A DNA stretch of 35,160 nucleotides, taken from a virus (Duplodnaviria; Heunggongvirae; Uroviricota; Caudoviricetes). Location: the IMG/VR virus record IMGVR_UViG_2734482770_000003. One strand, 5' to 3'. Within the stretch, counting starts at the first letter, position 1, and each line of letters starts with the position of its first letter. Made by a program: the position numbers and the translations under genes. This document shows positions 9,468 through 19,058 of the stretch, one piece after another. Under the pieces are notes generated by a model that ran no database searches, was not told the origin of the DNA, and saw nothing but the letters and a program-made list of their open reading frames with translations.

Positions 9468-9624
9468 TTACCTGATGTACATGGCTAGTGCAAGTTGGTA
9501 GCGCATGTCTATATGCATTTATTTGCATGTGTTTTATTGAGTGAGCGCACAAGCTTGATGACCCGACAGGTATGTATTTAGACTGAATTTACACCTGCAT
9601 TAAAACCGCCCCACGAAGCGGGCG

Positions 9625-9643
9625 GGCGAGGCGGGGAAAGCAC
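9625..9643. other. cos site: 19-nt cohesive-end sequence ggcgaggcggggaaagcac
   Basis: Matches the P2 cohesive end as I recall it; located between the tin/old-position cargo and Q as in P2; flanked by GC-rich inverted repeat 9606..9625. Confidence 0.75.
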
Positions 9644-9779
9644 TGCGCGCTGGCGGTGGTGCTGATTTTATTTTTTTAGCGTCTCAGCGCGTCGTGATGG
9701 CGTTTAGATTGTGCGCCGGGGCGTTAGTGTGTCTGCGGGGTGTTTTGTGCGGTGGTGAGCGTGTGAGGGCGTGATGACG

Positions 9780-9806
9780 GGGTGTAAAAAAGCCGCCCGC
9801 AGGCGG
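9780..9806 (-). terminator. Rho-independent terminator downstream of Q (minus strand)
   Basis: Hairpin gccgcc-tgcg-ggcggc followed by T-run on the minus strand immediately after Q stop. Confidence 0.5.
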
Positions 9807-9812
9807 CGATGT

Positions 9813-10847
9813 TCAGCCGTTGTCAGTGTCCAGTGAGTAGTTTTTAAAGCGGATGACCTCCTGACCGAGCCAGCCGTTTATCTCACGGATCCTGTCCTGT
9901 AACGGGATAAGCTCATTGCGGACAAAGACCTTTGCCACTTTCTCAATATCACCCAGCGACCCGACGTTCTCCGGCTTGCCGCCCATCAACTGAAAGGGGA
10001 TGCGGTGCGCGTCAAGCAGGTCAGCGGCGCTGGCTTTTTTGATATTAAAAAAATCGTCCTTCGTTGCCACTTCACTGAGCGGGATAATTTTAATGCCGTC
10101 GGCTTTCCCCTGCGGGGCATAGAGAAACAGATTTTTAAAGTTGTTGCGGCCTTTCGACTTCACCATGTTTTCGCGAAGCATTTCGATATCGTTGCGATCC
10201 TGCACGGCATCGGTGACGTACATGATGTATCCGGCATGTGCGCCGTTTTCGTAATACTTGCGGCGGAACAGCGTGGCCGACTCATTCAGCCAGGCAGAGT
10301 TAAGGGCGCTGAGATATTCCGGCAGGCCGTACAACTCCTGATTAATATCCGGCTCCAGCAGGTGAAACACGGAGCCGGGCGCGAAGGCTGTCGGCTCGTT
10401 GAAGGACGGCACCCACCAGTAAACATCCTCTTCCACACCACGGCGGGTATATTTTGCCGGTGAGGTTTCCAGTCTGATGACCTTACCGGTGGTGCTGTAA
10501 CGCTTTTCCAGAAACGCATTACCGAACACCAGAAAATCCAGCACAAAGCGGCTGAAATCCTGCTGGGAAAGCCACGGGTGCGGGATAAACGTTGAAGCCA
10601 GAATATTACGTTTGACGTAAATCGGTGAGCTGTGATGCACGGCAGCACGCAGGCTTTTTGCCAGACCGGTAAAGCTGACCGGTGGCTCATACCATCTGCC
10701 GTTACTGATGCATTCGACGTAATCCAGAATGTCACGGCGGTCGAGTACCGGCACTGGCTCACCAAAGGTGAATGCCTCCATTTTCGGGGCGCTGGCGGTC
10801 ATTTTTTTTGCCGCAGGTTGCTGTGTTTTCCCTTTTTTCTTGCTCAT
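9813..10847 (-). CDS. Q: Portal protein gpQ
   Basis: 344 aa (same as P2 Q); start ATG overlaps P stop; first gene after cos on opposite strand. Confidence 0.9.
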   Translation of the reverse strand: MSKKKGKTQQPAAKKMTASAPKMEAFTFGEPVPVLDRRDILDYVECISNGRWYEPPVSFTGLAKSLRAAVHHSSPIYVKRNILASTFIPHPWLSQQDFSRFVLDFLVFGNAFLEKRYSTTGKVIRLETSPAKYTRRGVEEDVYWWVPSFNEPTAFAPGSVFHLLEPDINQELYGLPEYLSALNSAWLNESATLFRRKYYENGAHAGYIMYVTDAVQDRNDIEMLRENMVKSKGRNNFKNLFLYAPQGKADGIKIIPLSEVATKDDFFNIKKASAADLLDAHRIPFQLMGGKPENVGSLGDIEKVAKVFVRNELIPLQDRIREINGWLGQEVIRFKNYSLDTDNG

Positions 10848-12619
10848 CAGTAAAACTCCAGAATGGTGGATGTCAGCGGGGTGCTGATACCGGCGGTGAG
10901 TGGCTCATTTAACAGGGCGTGCATGGTCGCCCAGGCGAGGTCGGCGTGGCTGGCTTCCTCGCTGCGGCTGGCCTCATACGTGGCGCTGCGTCCGCTGCTG
11001 GTCATGGTCTTGCGGATAGCCATAAACGAGCTGGTGATGTCGGTGGCGCTGACGTCATATTCCAGACAGCCACGGCGGATAACGTCTTTTGCCTTGAGCA
11101 CCATTGCGGTTTTCATTTCCGGCGTGTAGCGGATATCGCGCGCGGCGGGATAGAACGAGCGCACGAGCTGGAACACGCCGACACCGAGGCCGGTGGCATC
11201 AATCCCGATGTATTCAACGTTATATTTTTCGGTGAGTTTGCGGATGGATTCCGCCTGAGTGGCAAAGTCCATGCCTTTCCACTGGTGACGCTCAAGTATT
11301 CTGAATTTGCCACCGGCCACCACCGGCGGTGCCAGCACCACGCATCCGGCGCTGTCGCCACGGTGTGACGGGTCGTAACCAATCCATACCGGGCGGGAGC
11401 CGAACGGATTGGCGGCAAACGGCGCATAGTCTTCCCATTCTTCCAGCGTGTCGACCATGCAGCGTTGCAGCTCCTCGAACGGGAACACCGACGCCTTGTC
11501 GTCAACAAATTCACACATGAACAGGTTTTTAAAATCGTCGGCGCTGTTTTCGCGTTTGAGCTGCTCAATGTCGAACAGCGTGCAGCCGCCTTTCAGGGCG
11601 TCCTCAATGGTGACAATCTGTCGCCACTGGCCGTCCGCACAGAGAAGCCCACCGGCAAGGGCGTTATGACTGACGTCGATTTCCACGCGTTCGGCGGCGC
11701 TGGCGCGTCCCCGGTTGAACAGTTCACCGGACCAGAACGGGTAGGCGTCGTGCGCCAGCGTGGACGGGGTGGAGAAATAGGTCGAGCGCAGGTGACTCTG
11801 TGAGGCCATACCCGATGCCACCTTACGCAGTACCTGAAAATTCGGGATCCAGAAAATCTCGTCGACGTACAGGTCGCCGTTATGGCTCTGTGCGGTGTTG
11901 GAGTTGGTGCCGAGAAAAATCAGTTTTGCGCCGTTATTTCCCAGGACAATCGGGTCACCGGTCAGGTCAACGTCAACCAGACGGGCAAAGGCGATGATAT
12001 ATTCACGGAACACATACGCCTGCGTTTTACTGGCCGACAGAAAAATCTGGTTATGGCCGGTTTTCAGGGCGCGCAGCAGCGCCTCGCGGGAAAAATAAAA
12101 CGTTGCGCCAATCTGGCGGGATTTCAGGATATCGCGGATGCGGTGCTCAAGCCCGGCGCGATACCAGTGCAACTGATAGTCGAAAGACTGCTCAAAGAAA
12201 ATCTGCTCCAGCTTTTCGATGGCCTCGTCACTGAAAAAATTCTTTTTCGGTTTGCGCCGCCCGCCTTTGTTGCGGTTAGCGACGTTCGGATTAAGGTCTG
12301 CCTCGTTGCCGGTCTGGCTGTAGCGGTTGACCCGTGCCAGTCGTTCAATCTGGCGTCCCAGCAGGTCAATTTCCTTGAAGTCACCGCCGGTTTTCTGCGG
12401 TTTGATGATGAGCTGGGTCAGCCGCGCTTCCAGGCTCATTTCGACACGGCTGATGGGGGCAACACTGTCCCAGCCGTCGCGCTGTTTCCAGCTCTGCACC
12501 GTCGGGCGTTTCATCTGCAACATGGCGGCAATCTGCGGCACGGAAAATCCCTGCCAGTACAGCAGCGCCGCCTGACGACGCGGGTCGTGTAAAAGAGTGG
12601 TGTCTGTGGTGATGGTCAT
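10847..12619 (-). CDS. P: Terminase large subunit (ATPase) gpP
   Basis: 590 aa from ATG at 12619 (P2 P is 590 aa) with gaggt SD; track ORF extends to 12649. Confidence 0.9.
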   Translation of the reverse strand: MTITTDTTLLHDPRRQAALLYWQGFSVPQIAAMLQMKRPTVQSWKQRDGWDSVAPISRVEMSLEARLTQLIIKPQKTGGDFKEIDLLGRQIERLARVNRYSQTGNEADLNPNVANRNKGGRRKPKKNFFSDEAIEKLEQIFFEQSFDYQLHWYRAGLEHRIRDILKSRQIGATFYFSREALLRALKTGHNQIFLSASKTQAYVFREYIIAFARLVDVDLTGDPIVLGNNGAKLIFLGTNSNTAQSHNGDLYVDEIFWIPNFQVLRKVASGMASQSHLRSTYFSTPSTLAHDAYPFWSGELFNRGRASAAERVEIDVSHNALAGGLLCADGQWRQIVTIEDALKGGCTLFDIEQLKRENSADDFKNLFMCEFVDDKASVFPFEELQRCMVDTLEEWEDYAPFAANPFGSRPVWIGYDPSHRGDSAGCVVLAPPVVAGGKFRILERHQWKGMDFATQAESIRKLTEKYNVEYIGIDATGLGVGVFQLVRSFYPAARDIRYTPEMKTAMVLKAKDVIRRGCLEYDVSATDITSSFMAIRKTMTSSGRSATYEASRSEEASHADLAWATMHALLNEPLTAGISTPLTSTILEFY

Positions 12620-12792
12620 GAATACCTCGCCGTGATGAATACACGGCAAGGCTACTGAGTCGCGCCCCGCGATTCGCTAAGGTGCTGTTGTGTCAGTGAT
12701 AAGCCATCCGGGACTGATGGCGGAGGATGCGCATCGTCGGGAAACTGATGCCGACATGTGACTCCTCTAATCACTATTCAGGACTCCTGACA

Positions 12793-13647
12793 ATGGCAAA
12801 AAAAGTCTCAAAATTCTTTCGTATCGGCGTTGAGGGTGACACCTGTGACGGGCGTGTCATCAGTGCGCAGGATATTCAGGAAATGGCCGAAACCTTTGAC
12901 CCGCGAGTCTATGGTTGCCGCATTAACCTGGAACATCTGCGCGGCATCCTGCCTGACGGTATTTTTAAGCGTTATGGCGATGTGGCCGAACTGAAGGCCG
13001 AAAAGATTGACGATGATTCGGCGCTGAAAGGCAAATGGGCGCTGTTTGCGAAAATCACCCCGACCGATGACCTTATCGCGATGAACAAGGCCGCGCAGAA
13101 GGTCTATACCTCAATGGAAATTCAGCCGAACTTTGCCAATACCGGCAAATGTTATCTGGTGGGGCTGGCCGTCACCGATGACCCGGCAAGCCTCGGCACG
13201 GAATACCTGGAATTCTGCCGCACGGCAAAACACAACCCCCTGAACCGCTTCAAATTAAGCCCTGAAAACCTGATTTCAGTGGCAACGCCCGTTGAGCTGG
13301 AATTTGAAGACCTGCCTGAAACCGTGTTCACAGCCCTGACCGAAAAGGTGAAGTCCATTTTTGGCCGCAAACAGGCCAGCGATGATGCCCGTCTGAATGA
13401 CGTGCATGAAGCGGTGACCGCTGTTGCTGAACATGTGCAGGAAAAACTGAGCGCCACTGAGCAGCGCCTCGCGGAGATGGAAACCGCCTTTTCCGCACTT
13501 AAGCAGGAGGTGACTGACAGGGCGGATGAAACCAGCCAGGCATTCACCCGCCTGAAAAACAGTCTCGACCACACCGAAAGTCTGACCCAGCAGCGCCGCA
13601 GCAAAGCCACCGGCGGTGGCGGTGACGCCCTGATGACGAACTGCTGA
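12793..13647 (+). CDS. O: Capsid scaffolding protein gpO
   Basis: 284 aa from ATG at 12793 (P2 O is 284 aa); divergent from P; coiled-coil-like C-terminal half. Confidence 0.85.
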   Translation: MAKKVSKFFRIGVEGDTCDGRVISAQDIQEMAETFDPRVYGCRINLEHLRGILPDGIFKRYGDVAELKAEKIDDDSALKGKWALFAKITPTDDLIAMNKAAQKVYTSMEIQPNFANTGKCYLVGLAVTDDPASLGTEYLEFCRTAKHNPLNRFKLSPENLISVATPVELEFEDLPETVFTALTEKVKSIFGRKQASDDARLNDVHEAVTAVAEHVQEKLSATEQRLAEMETAFSALKQEVTDRADETSQAFTRLKNSLDHTESLTQQRRSKATGGGGDALMTNC

Positions 13648-13705
13648 CCGGCGTCAGTCAGTCCGGGAAAACCTTCACGATTAACCCTTAATTTCAGGAA
13701 AAACT

Positions 13706-14779
13706 ATGCGCCAGGAAACCCGCTTTAAATTTAATGCCTACCTGTCCCGTGTTGCCGAACTGAACGGCATCGACGCCGGTGATGTGTCGAAAAAATTCAC
13801 CGTTGAACCGTCGGTCACCCAGACCCTGATGAACACCATGCAGGAGTCCTCTGACTTTCTGACCCGCATCAACATTGTGCCGGTCAGCGAAATGAAAGGG
13901 GAAAAAATTGGTATTGGTGTCACCGGCTCCATCGCCAGCACCACCGACACCGCCGGTGGCACCGAGCGTCAGCCGAAGGACTTCTCGAAGCTGGCGTCAA
14001 ACAAGTACGAATGCGACCAGATTAACTTCGATTTTTATATCCGCTACAAAACGCTGGACCTGTGGGCGCGTTATCAGGATTTCCAGCTCCGTGTCCGTAA
14101 CGCCATTATCAAACGCCAGTCCCTTGATTTAATCATGGCCGGTTTTAACGGCGTGAGGCGTGCCGAAACCTCTGACCGTAGCAGTAACCAGATGCTGCAG
14201 GATGTGGCGGTCGGCTGGCTGCAGAAATACCGCAATGAAGCCCCGGCGCGCGTGATGAGCAAGGTCACTGACGAGGAAGGCCGCACCACCTCTGAGGTTA
14301 TCCGCGTGGGTAAGGGCGGTGATTATGCCAGCCTTGATGCACTGGTGATGGATGCGACCAACAACCTGATTGAGCCGTGGTATCAGGAAGACCCTGACCT
14401 TGTGGTGATTGTGGGACGTCAGCTACTGGCGGACAAATATTTCCCCATCGTCAACAAGGAGCAGGACAACAGCGAAATGCTGGCCGCTGACGTCATCATC
14501 AGCCAGAAACGCATCGGTAATCTGCCCGCGGTACGCGTCCCGTACTTCCCGGCGGATGCGATGCTCATCACGAAGCTGGAAAACCTGTCCATCTACTACA
14601 TGGATGACAGCCATCGCCGCGTGATTGAGGAAAACCCGAAACTCGACCGCGTGGAGAACTACGAGTCAATGAACATTGATTACGTGGTGGAAGACTACGC
14701 CGCCGGTTGTCTGGTGGAAAAAATTAAGGTCGGTGATTTCTCCACACCGGCTAAGGCGACCGCAGAGCCGGGAGCGTAA
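13706..14779 (+). CDS. N: Major capsid protein gpN
   Basis: 357 aa (same as P2 N); follows O. Confidence 0.9.
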   Translation: MRQETRFKFNAYLSRVAELNGIDAGDVSKKFTVEPSVTQTLMNTMQESSDFLTRINIVPVSEMKGEKIGIGVTGSIASTTDTAGGTERQPKDFSKLASNKYECDQINFDFYIRYKTLDLWARYQDFQLRVRNAIIKRQSLDLIMAGFNGVRRAETSDRSSNQMLQDVAVGWLQKYRNEAPARVMSKVTDEEGRTTSEVIRVGKGGDYASLDALVMDATNNLIEPWYQEDPDLVVIVGRQLLADKYFPIVNKEQDNSEMLAADVIISQKRIGNLPAVRVPYFPADAMLITKLENLSIYYMDDSHRRVIEENPKLDRVENYESMNIDYVVEDYAAGCLVEKIKVGDFSTPAKATAEPGA

Positions 14780-14782
14780 CCG

Positions 14783-15520
14783 ATGACGAGTCCCGCACAG
14801 CGCCACATGATGCGGGTCTCGGCAGCGATGACCGCGCAGCGGGAAGCCGCCCCGCTGCGACATGCAACTGTCTATGAGCAGATGCTGGTCAAGCTGGCCG
14901 CAGACCAGCGCACACTGAAAGCGATTTATTCAAAAGAGCTGAAGGCCGCGAAAAAACGCGAACTGCTGCCGTTCTGGTTGCCGTGGGTGAACGGCGTGCT
15001 GGACCAGGGCAAAGGTGCACAGGATGACATTCTGATGACGGTCATGCTGTGGCGTCTGGATACCGGCGATATTGCCGGTGCGCTGGAGATTGCCCGTTAT
15101 GCCCTGAAGTACGGTCTGACCATGCCGGGTAAACACCGCCGCACCCCGCCGTACATGTTCACCGAGGAGGTGGCGCTCGCGGCCATGCGTGCTCACGCTG
15201 CCGGTGAGTCTGTGGATACCCGCCTGCTGACGGAGACCCTTGAACTGACCGCCACGGCTGACATGCCTGATGAAGTGCGCGCAAAGCTGCACAAAATCAC
15301 CGGTCTGTTTCTGCGTGATGGTGGTGATGCCGCCGGTGCGCTGGCGCACCTGCAACGTGCGACACAGCTCGACTGTCAGGCAGGTGTCAAAAAAGAGATT
15401 GAACGACTGGAGCGGGAGCTGAAACCGAAGCCGCAGCCCAAAGCGGTCACCCGCGCCCCGCGTAAGACACGGAGCGTGACACCGGCAAAACGTGGACGAC
15501 CGAAAAAGAAAGCCAGTTAA
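14783..15520 (+). CDS. M: Terminase small subunit / endonuclease gpM
   Basis: 245 aa; basic C-terminal tail; position after N. Confidence 0.85.
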   Translation: MTSPAQRHMMRVSAAMTAQREAAPLRHATVYEQMLVKLAADQRTLKAIYSKELKAAKKRELLPFWLPWVNGVLDQGKGAQDDILMTVMLWRLDTGDIAGALEIARYALKYGLTMPGKHRRTPPYMFTEEVALAAMRAHAAGESVDTRLLTETLELTATADMPDEVRAKLHKITGLFLRDGGDAAGALAHLQRATQLDCQAGVKKEIERLERELKPKPQPKAVTRAPRKTRSVTPAKRGRPKKKAS

Positions 15521-15619
15521 CAACCGAATGCGCCCCGCGCCAGGGCGGCACGCCGGTCAGTGAGGGTGAATCACCTGACACTGCACCGGCGTCCACCGCC
15601 CGACTTTTCAGAGGTAGTC

Positions 15620-16129
15620 ATGATGACGCTGATTATTCCGCGAAAGGAGGCTCCCGTGTCCGGTGAGGGTACGGTGGTCATCCCGCAACCGGCAGGCGAC
15701 GAGCCGGTGATTAAAAACACGTTCTTTTTTCCCGATATCGACCCGAAGCGCGTCCGGGAACGTATGCGCCTTGAGCAGACCGTCGCCCCCGCCCGTCTGC
15801 GTGAGGCCATCAAGTCAGGCATGGCGGAGACGAATGCGGAGCTGTACGAGTACCGCGAACAGAAAATTGCTGCCGGTTTTACGCGTCTGGCGGACGTCCC
15901 GGCGGACGACATCGACGGTGAAAGCATCAAAGTTTTTTACTACGAGCGCGCCGTGTGTGCGATGGCAACCGCATCGCTTTATGAGCGTTATCGCGGCGTG
16001 GATGCCAGTGCGAAAGGCGACAAGAAGGCTGACAGCATTGACAGCACCATTGATGAACTGTGGCGGGATATGCGCTGGGCGGTGGCGCGTATCCAGGACA
16101 AACCGCGCTGCATCGTGAGTCAAATCTGA
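15620..16129 (+). CDS. L: Head completion/stabilisation protein gpL
   Basis: 169 aa from ATG at 15620 (P2 L is 169 aa) preceded by gaggtag. Confidence 0.85.
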   Translation: MMTLIIPRKEAPVSGEGTVVIPQPAGDEPVIKNTFFFPDIDPKRVRERMRLEQTVAPARLREAIKSGMAETNAELYEYREQKIAAGFTRLADVPADDIDGESIKVFYYERAVCAMATASLYERYRGVDASAKGDKKADSIDSTIDELWRDMRWAVARIQDKPRCIVSQI

Positions 16130-16332
16130 TGAAGACCTTTGCGCTACAGGGCGACACGCTCGACGCCATTTGTGTCCGGTATTACGGGCGCACTGAGGGC
16201 GTGGTTGAGACCGTGCTCGCCGCAAATCCGGGACTGGCTGAACTGGGTGCGGTGCTGCCGCACGGCACCGCCGTCGAACTGCCCGACGTTCAGACCGCGC
16301 CCGTGGCTGAAACTGTCAATCTGTGGGAGTAA
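16129..16332 (+). CDS. X: Tail protein gpX
   Basis: 67 aa from ATG at 16129 overlapping L stop (P2 X is 67 aa). Confidence 0.8.
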   Translation: MKTFALQGDTLDAICVRYYGRTEGVVETVLAANPGLAELGAVLPHGTAVELPDVQTAPVAETVNLWE

Positions 16333-16335
16333 CGC

Positions 16336-16617
16336 ATGACAGCAGAAGAAAAAAGCGTCCTGTCGCTTTTCATGATTGGGGTGCTGATTGTTGTCGGCAA
16401 GGTGCTTGCCGGTGGTGAACCCATCACCCCGCGTCTGTTTATCGGGCGCATGTTGCTCGGTGGTTTTGTCTCGATGGTTGCCGGTGTTGTTCTGGTGCAG
16501 TTTCCTGACCTGTCACTGCCTGCGGTGTGCGGCATCGGCTCCATGCTGGGTATCGCCGGTTATCAGGTGATTGAGATTGCCATTCAGCGCCGCTTTAAGG
16601 GCAGGGGGAAACCGTAA
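16336..16617 (+). CDS. Y: Holin gpY
   Basis: 93 aa, hydrophobic helices (VLSLFMIGVLIVVGKVLAGG ...), directly precedes endolysin. Confidence 0.8.
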   Translation: MTAEEKSVLSLFMIGVLIVVGKVLAGGEPITPRLFIGRMLLGGFVSMVAGVVLVQFPDLSLPAVCGIGSMLGIAGYQVIEIAIQRRFKGRGKP

Positions 16618-17114
16618 TGCCGGTAATTAACACGCATCAGAATATCGCCGCCTTTCTCGACATGCTGGCCGTGTCCGAAGGGACGGCGAATCATCCGCTG
16701 ACGAAAAACCGGGGCTATGACGTGATAGTCACCGGACTGGACGGGAAGCCGGAGATTTTCACTGACTACAGTGACCACCCGTTCGCGCATGGCCGACCGG
16801 CGAAGGTGTTTAACCGTCGCGGTGAAAAATCCACGGCCTCCGGTCGCTATCAGCAGCTTTACCTGTTCTGGCCGCACTACCGCAAACAGCTTGCCCTGCC
16901 GGATTTCAGTCCGTTGTCACAGGACAGGCTCGCCATTCAGTTGATCCGCGAACGCGGTGCACTGGATGACATCCGGGCGGGACGCATTGAGCGCGCCATT
17001 TCACGCTGTCGCAATATCTGGGCGTCCCTGCCGGGTGCCGGTTACGGTCAGCGTGAGCATTCACTGGAAAAACTGGTCACCGTCTGGCGTACCGCCGGCG
17101 GTGTACCAGCTTAA
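16617..17114 (+). CDS. K: Endolysin gpK (lysozyme-like)
   Basis: 165 aa (same as P2 K); in lysis cassette between holin and lysA. Confidence 0.85.
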   Translation: MPVINTHQNIAAFLDMLAVSEGTANHPLTKNRGYDVIVTGLDGKPEIFTDYSDHPFAHGRPAKVFNRRGEKSTASGRYQQLYLFWPHYRKQLALPDFSPLSQDRLAIQLIRERGALDDIRAGRIERAISRCRNIWASLPGAGYGQREHSLEKLVTVWRTAGGVPA

Positions 17115-17128
17115 ACGGAGTAAACACC

Positions 17129-17554
17129 ATGAAGAAATTATCCCTTTCACTGATGCTGAATGTGTCGCTGGCGCTGATGCTGGCACTGTCCCTGATTTAC
17201 CCGCAGAGCGTGGCCGTCAATTTTGTCGCCGCCTGGGCGATTCTGGCGACGGTTATCTGTGTGGTTGCCGGTGGTGTCGGCGTGTATGCCACTGAGTATG
17301 TGCTGGAACGCTACGGGCGGGAGCTGCCACCGGAATCGCTGGCCGTGAAGATTGTCACGTCGCTGTTTTTGCAGCCGGTGCCGTGGCGCAGACGGGCGGC
17401 GGCTCTGGTAGTGATGGTGGCGACGTTTATCTCGCTGGTCGCTGCCGGGTGGATTTTTACCGCGCTGATTTATCTTGTGGCGTCGCTGTTTTTCCGGCTG
17501 ATACGTAAAGCCTGTCGTCAGCGTCTTGAGGGGCGGGAACTATGTCAAAGCTGA
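17129..17554 (+). CDS. lysA: Lysis regulator LysA (membrane protein)
   Basis: 141 aa, multiple hydrophobic segments; P2 lysA position and length. Confidence 0.75.
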   Translation: MKKLSLSLMLNVSLALMLALSLIYPQSVAVNFVAAWAILATVICVVAGGVGVYATEYVLERYGRELPPESLAVKIVTSLFLQPVPWRRRAAALVVMVATFISLVAAGWIFTALIYLVASLFFRLIRKACRQRLEGRELCQS

Positions 17555-17967
17555 TGATTGTGCTGGTCGTGTTGTTATCGCTGGCGGTGACCGGTCTGTT
17601 TCTGGTGAAACACAAAAATGCCAGCCTGCGCACCTCGCTGGACAGGGCGAACAGCGTCGCCAGTGAACAGCAGGCGACCATCTCCATGCTGAAAAATCAG
17701 CTTCATGTTGCCCTCACCAGGGCAGACAAAAACGAGCTGGCGCAGGTGGCACTGCGTCAGGAACTGGAGAACGCCGCGAAGCGTGAAGCACAGCGCGAGA
17801 AAACCATCACGAGGTTACTGAATGAAAACGAAGATTTTCGCCGCTGGTACGGCGCTGGCCTGCCTGATGCTGTGCGCCGGTTGCACCAGCGTCCGGCCTG
17901 CACCGACGCCAGTGATTGTCCCCAACGTCTGCCCGAAAGTGAGCCTTTGCCCGATGCCGGGCAGTGA
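17542..17967 (+). CDS. lysB: Spanin inner-membrane subunit LysB (Rz-like)
   Basis: 141 aa, N-terminal TM followed by coiled-coil-like region; P2 lysB position. Confidence 0.75.
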   Translation: MSKLMIVLVVLLSLAVTGLFLVKHKNASLRTSLDRANSVASEQQATISMLKNQLHVALTRADKNELAQVALRQELENAAKREAQREKTITRLLNENEDFRRWYGAGLPDAVRRLHQRPACTDASDCPQRLPESEPLPDAGQ

Positions 17968-18112
17968 CCCGCAGACGAACGGCGATTTAAGTGCCGATAT
18001 CCGGCAGCTTGAGAACGCGCTGGCACGTTGTGCCAGCCAGGTAAAAATGATTAAACACTGTCAGGACGAAAACGATGCTCAAACCCGACAGCCTGCGCAG
18101 GGCACTGACTGA
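17822..18112 (+). CDS. lysC: Spanin outer-membrane lipoprotein LysC (Rz1-like), embedded out of frame in lysB
   Basis: 96 aa; signal peptide with lipobox LCAGC; Pro-rich; starts inside lysB in another frame and extends into R. Confidence 0.7.
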   Translation: MKTKIFAAGTALACLMLCAGCTSVRPAPTPVIVPNVCPKVSLCPMPGSDPQTNGDLSADIRQLENALARCASQVKMIKHCQDENDAQTRQPAQGTD

Positions 18113-18542
18113 TGCCGTCACGGTGCTGAAAACCAGCCCCGAGATGCTGCGGATATTCGTTGATAACGGGAGTATTGCCTCCACACTGGCGACGTCGCTG
18201 TCATTCGAAAAGCGTTACACGCTCAATGTGATTGTGACCGACTTTACCGGTGATTTTGACCTGCTCATCGTGCCGGTGCTGGCGTGGCTGCGGGAAAATC
18301 AGCCCGACATCATGACCACTGACGAAGGCCAGAAAAAGGGCTTCACGTTTTATGCAGACATCAACAATGACAGCAGCTTTGATATCAGCATCAGCCTGAT
18401 GCTGACCGAGCGCACGCTGGTCAGTGAGGTGGACGGCGCACTGCATGTGAAGAATATCCCGGAACCTCCGCCGCCGGAGCCGGTCACCCGCCCGATGGAG
18501 CTTTATATCAATGGCGAACTGGTGAGCAAGTGGGATGAATGA
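18075..18542 (+). CDS. R: Tail completion protein gpR
   Basis: 155 aa (same as P2 R). Confidence 0.8.
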   Translation: MLKPDSLRRALTDAVTVLKTSPEMLRIFVDNGSIASTLATSLSFEKRYTLNVIVTDFTGDFDLLIVPVLAWLRENQPDIMTTDEGQKKGFTFYADINNDSSFDISISLMLTERTLVSEVDGALHVKNIPEPPPPEPVTRPMELYINGELVSKWDE

Positions 18543-18987
18543 GTTTAAGCGTTTTGAAGACCGGCTGACCGGGCTGATTGAATCACTGTCACCATCAGGG
18601 CGTCGGCGACTGAGCACCGAACTGGCGAAACATCTGCGGCAGAGTCAGCAGCGCCGGGTGATGGCACAGAAAGCCCCGGACGGCACACCCTACGCACCAC
18701 GCCAGCAGCAGAGCGCCAGAAAAAAGACCGGTCGTGTTAAGCGAAAAATGTTTGCGAAACTTATCACCAGTCGTTTTTTGCATATCCGCGCCAGCCCGGA
18801 ACAGGCATCAATGGAATTTTACGGCGGGAAGTCACCGAAAATCGCCAGCGTGCATCAGTTTGGTCTGTCGGAAGAAACCCGGAAAGACGGTAAGAAAATT
18901 GATTATCCGGCGCGTCCTCTGCTCGGCTTTACCGGTGAGGATGTGCAGATGATTGAAGAGATTATCCTGGCTCACCTTGAGCGTTAG
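18535..18987 (+). CDS. S: Tail completion protein gpS
   Basis: 150 aa (same as P2 S). Confidence 0.8.
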   Translation: MNEFKRFEDRLTGLIESLSPSGRRRLSTELAKHLRQSQQRRVMAQKAPDGTPYAPRQQQSARKKTGRVKRKMFAKLITSRFLHIRASPEQASMEFYGGKSPKIASVHQFGLSEETRKDGKKIDYPARPLLGFTGEDVQMIEEIILAHLER

Positions 18988-19017
18988 TTTTATCCAGGCA
19001 GAGGCTGATGCGCAATT

Positions 19018-19052
19018 AAACATTGAGCGGCCATGCTGGTCGCTCAATGTTT
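19018..19052. terminator. Perfect 12-bp-stem hairpin between convergent S and cargo gene (bidirectional terminator candidate)
   Basis: aaacattgagcg / loop gccatgctggt / cgctcaatgttt. Confidence 0.45.
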
Positions 19053-19058
19053 AGAGGT

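Noticed and set aside
10005-12592. Several long plus-strand ORFs (e.g. 10005..10463, 10919..11368, 11882..12592) overlapping Q and P
   Set aside because: Antisense or alternative-frame ORFs within GC-rich portal and terminase genes; typical high-GC artefacts with no start or SD context, and Q/P are strongly supported.
12650-12792. Ogr-dependent late promoter elements (TGT-N12-ACA) in the P/O divergent region and upstream of V and FI
   Set aside because: Candidate TGT...ACA dyads are present (e.g. 19863..19879), but spacing was 11 rather than 12 and positions relative to starts were ambiguous; not confident enough to annotate.
15560-15619. Upstream extensions in the track for L (15560), O (12727), X (16060), P (12649), V (19910), ogr (33244)
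   Set aside because: Internal ATGs with SD-like sequences give products matching P2 protein lengths exactly; the longer forms start at poor contexts or at TTG/GTG codons.
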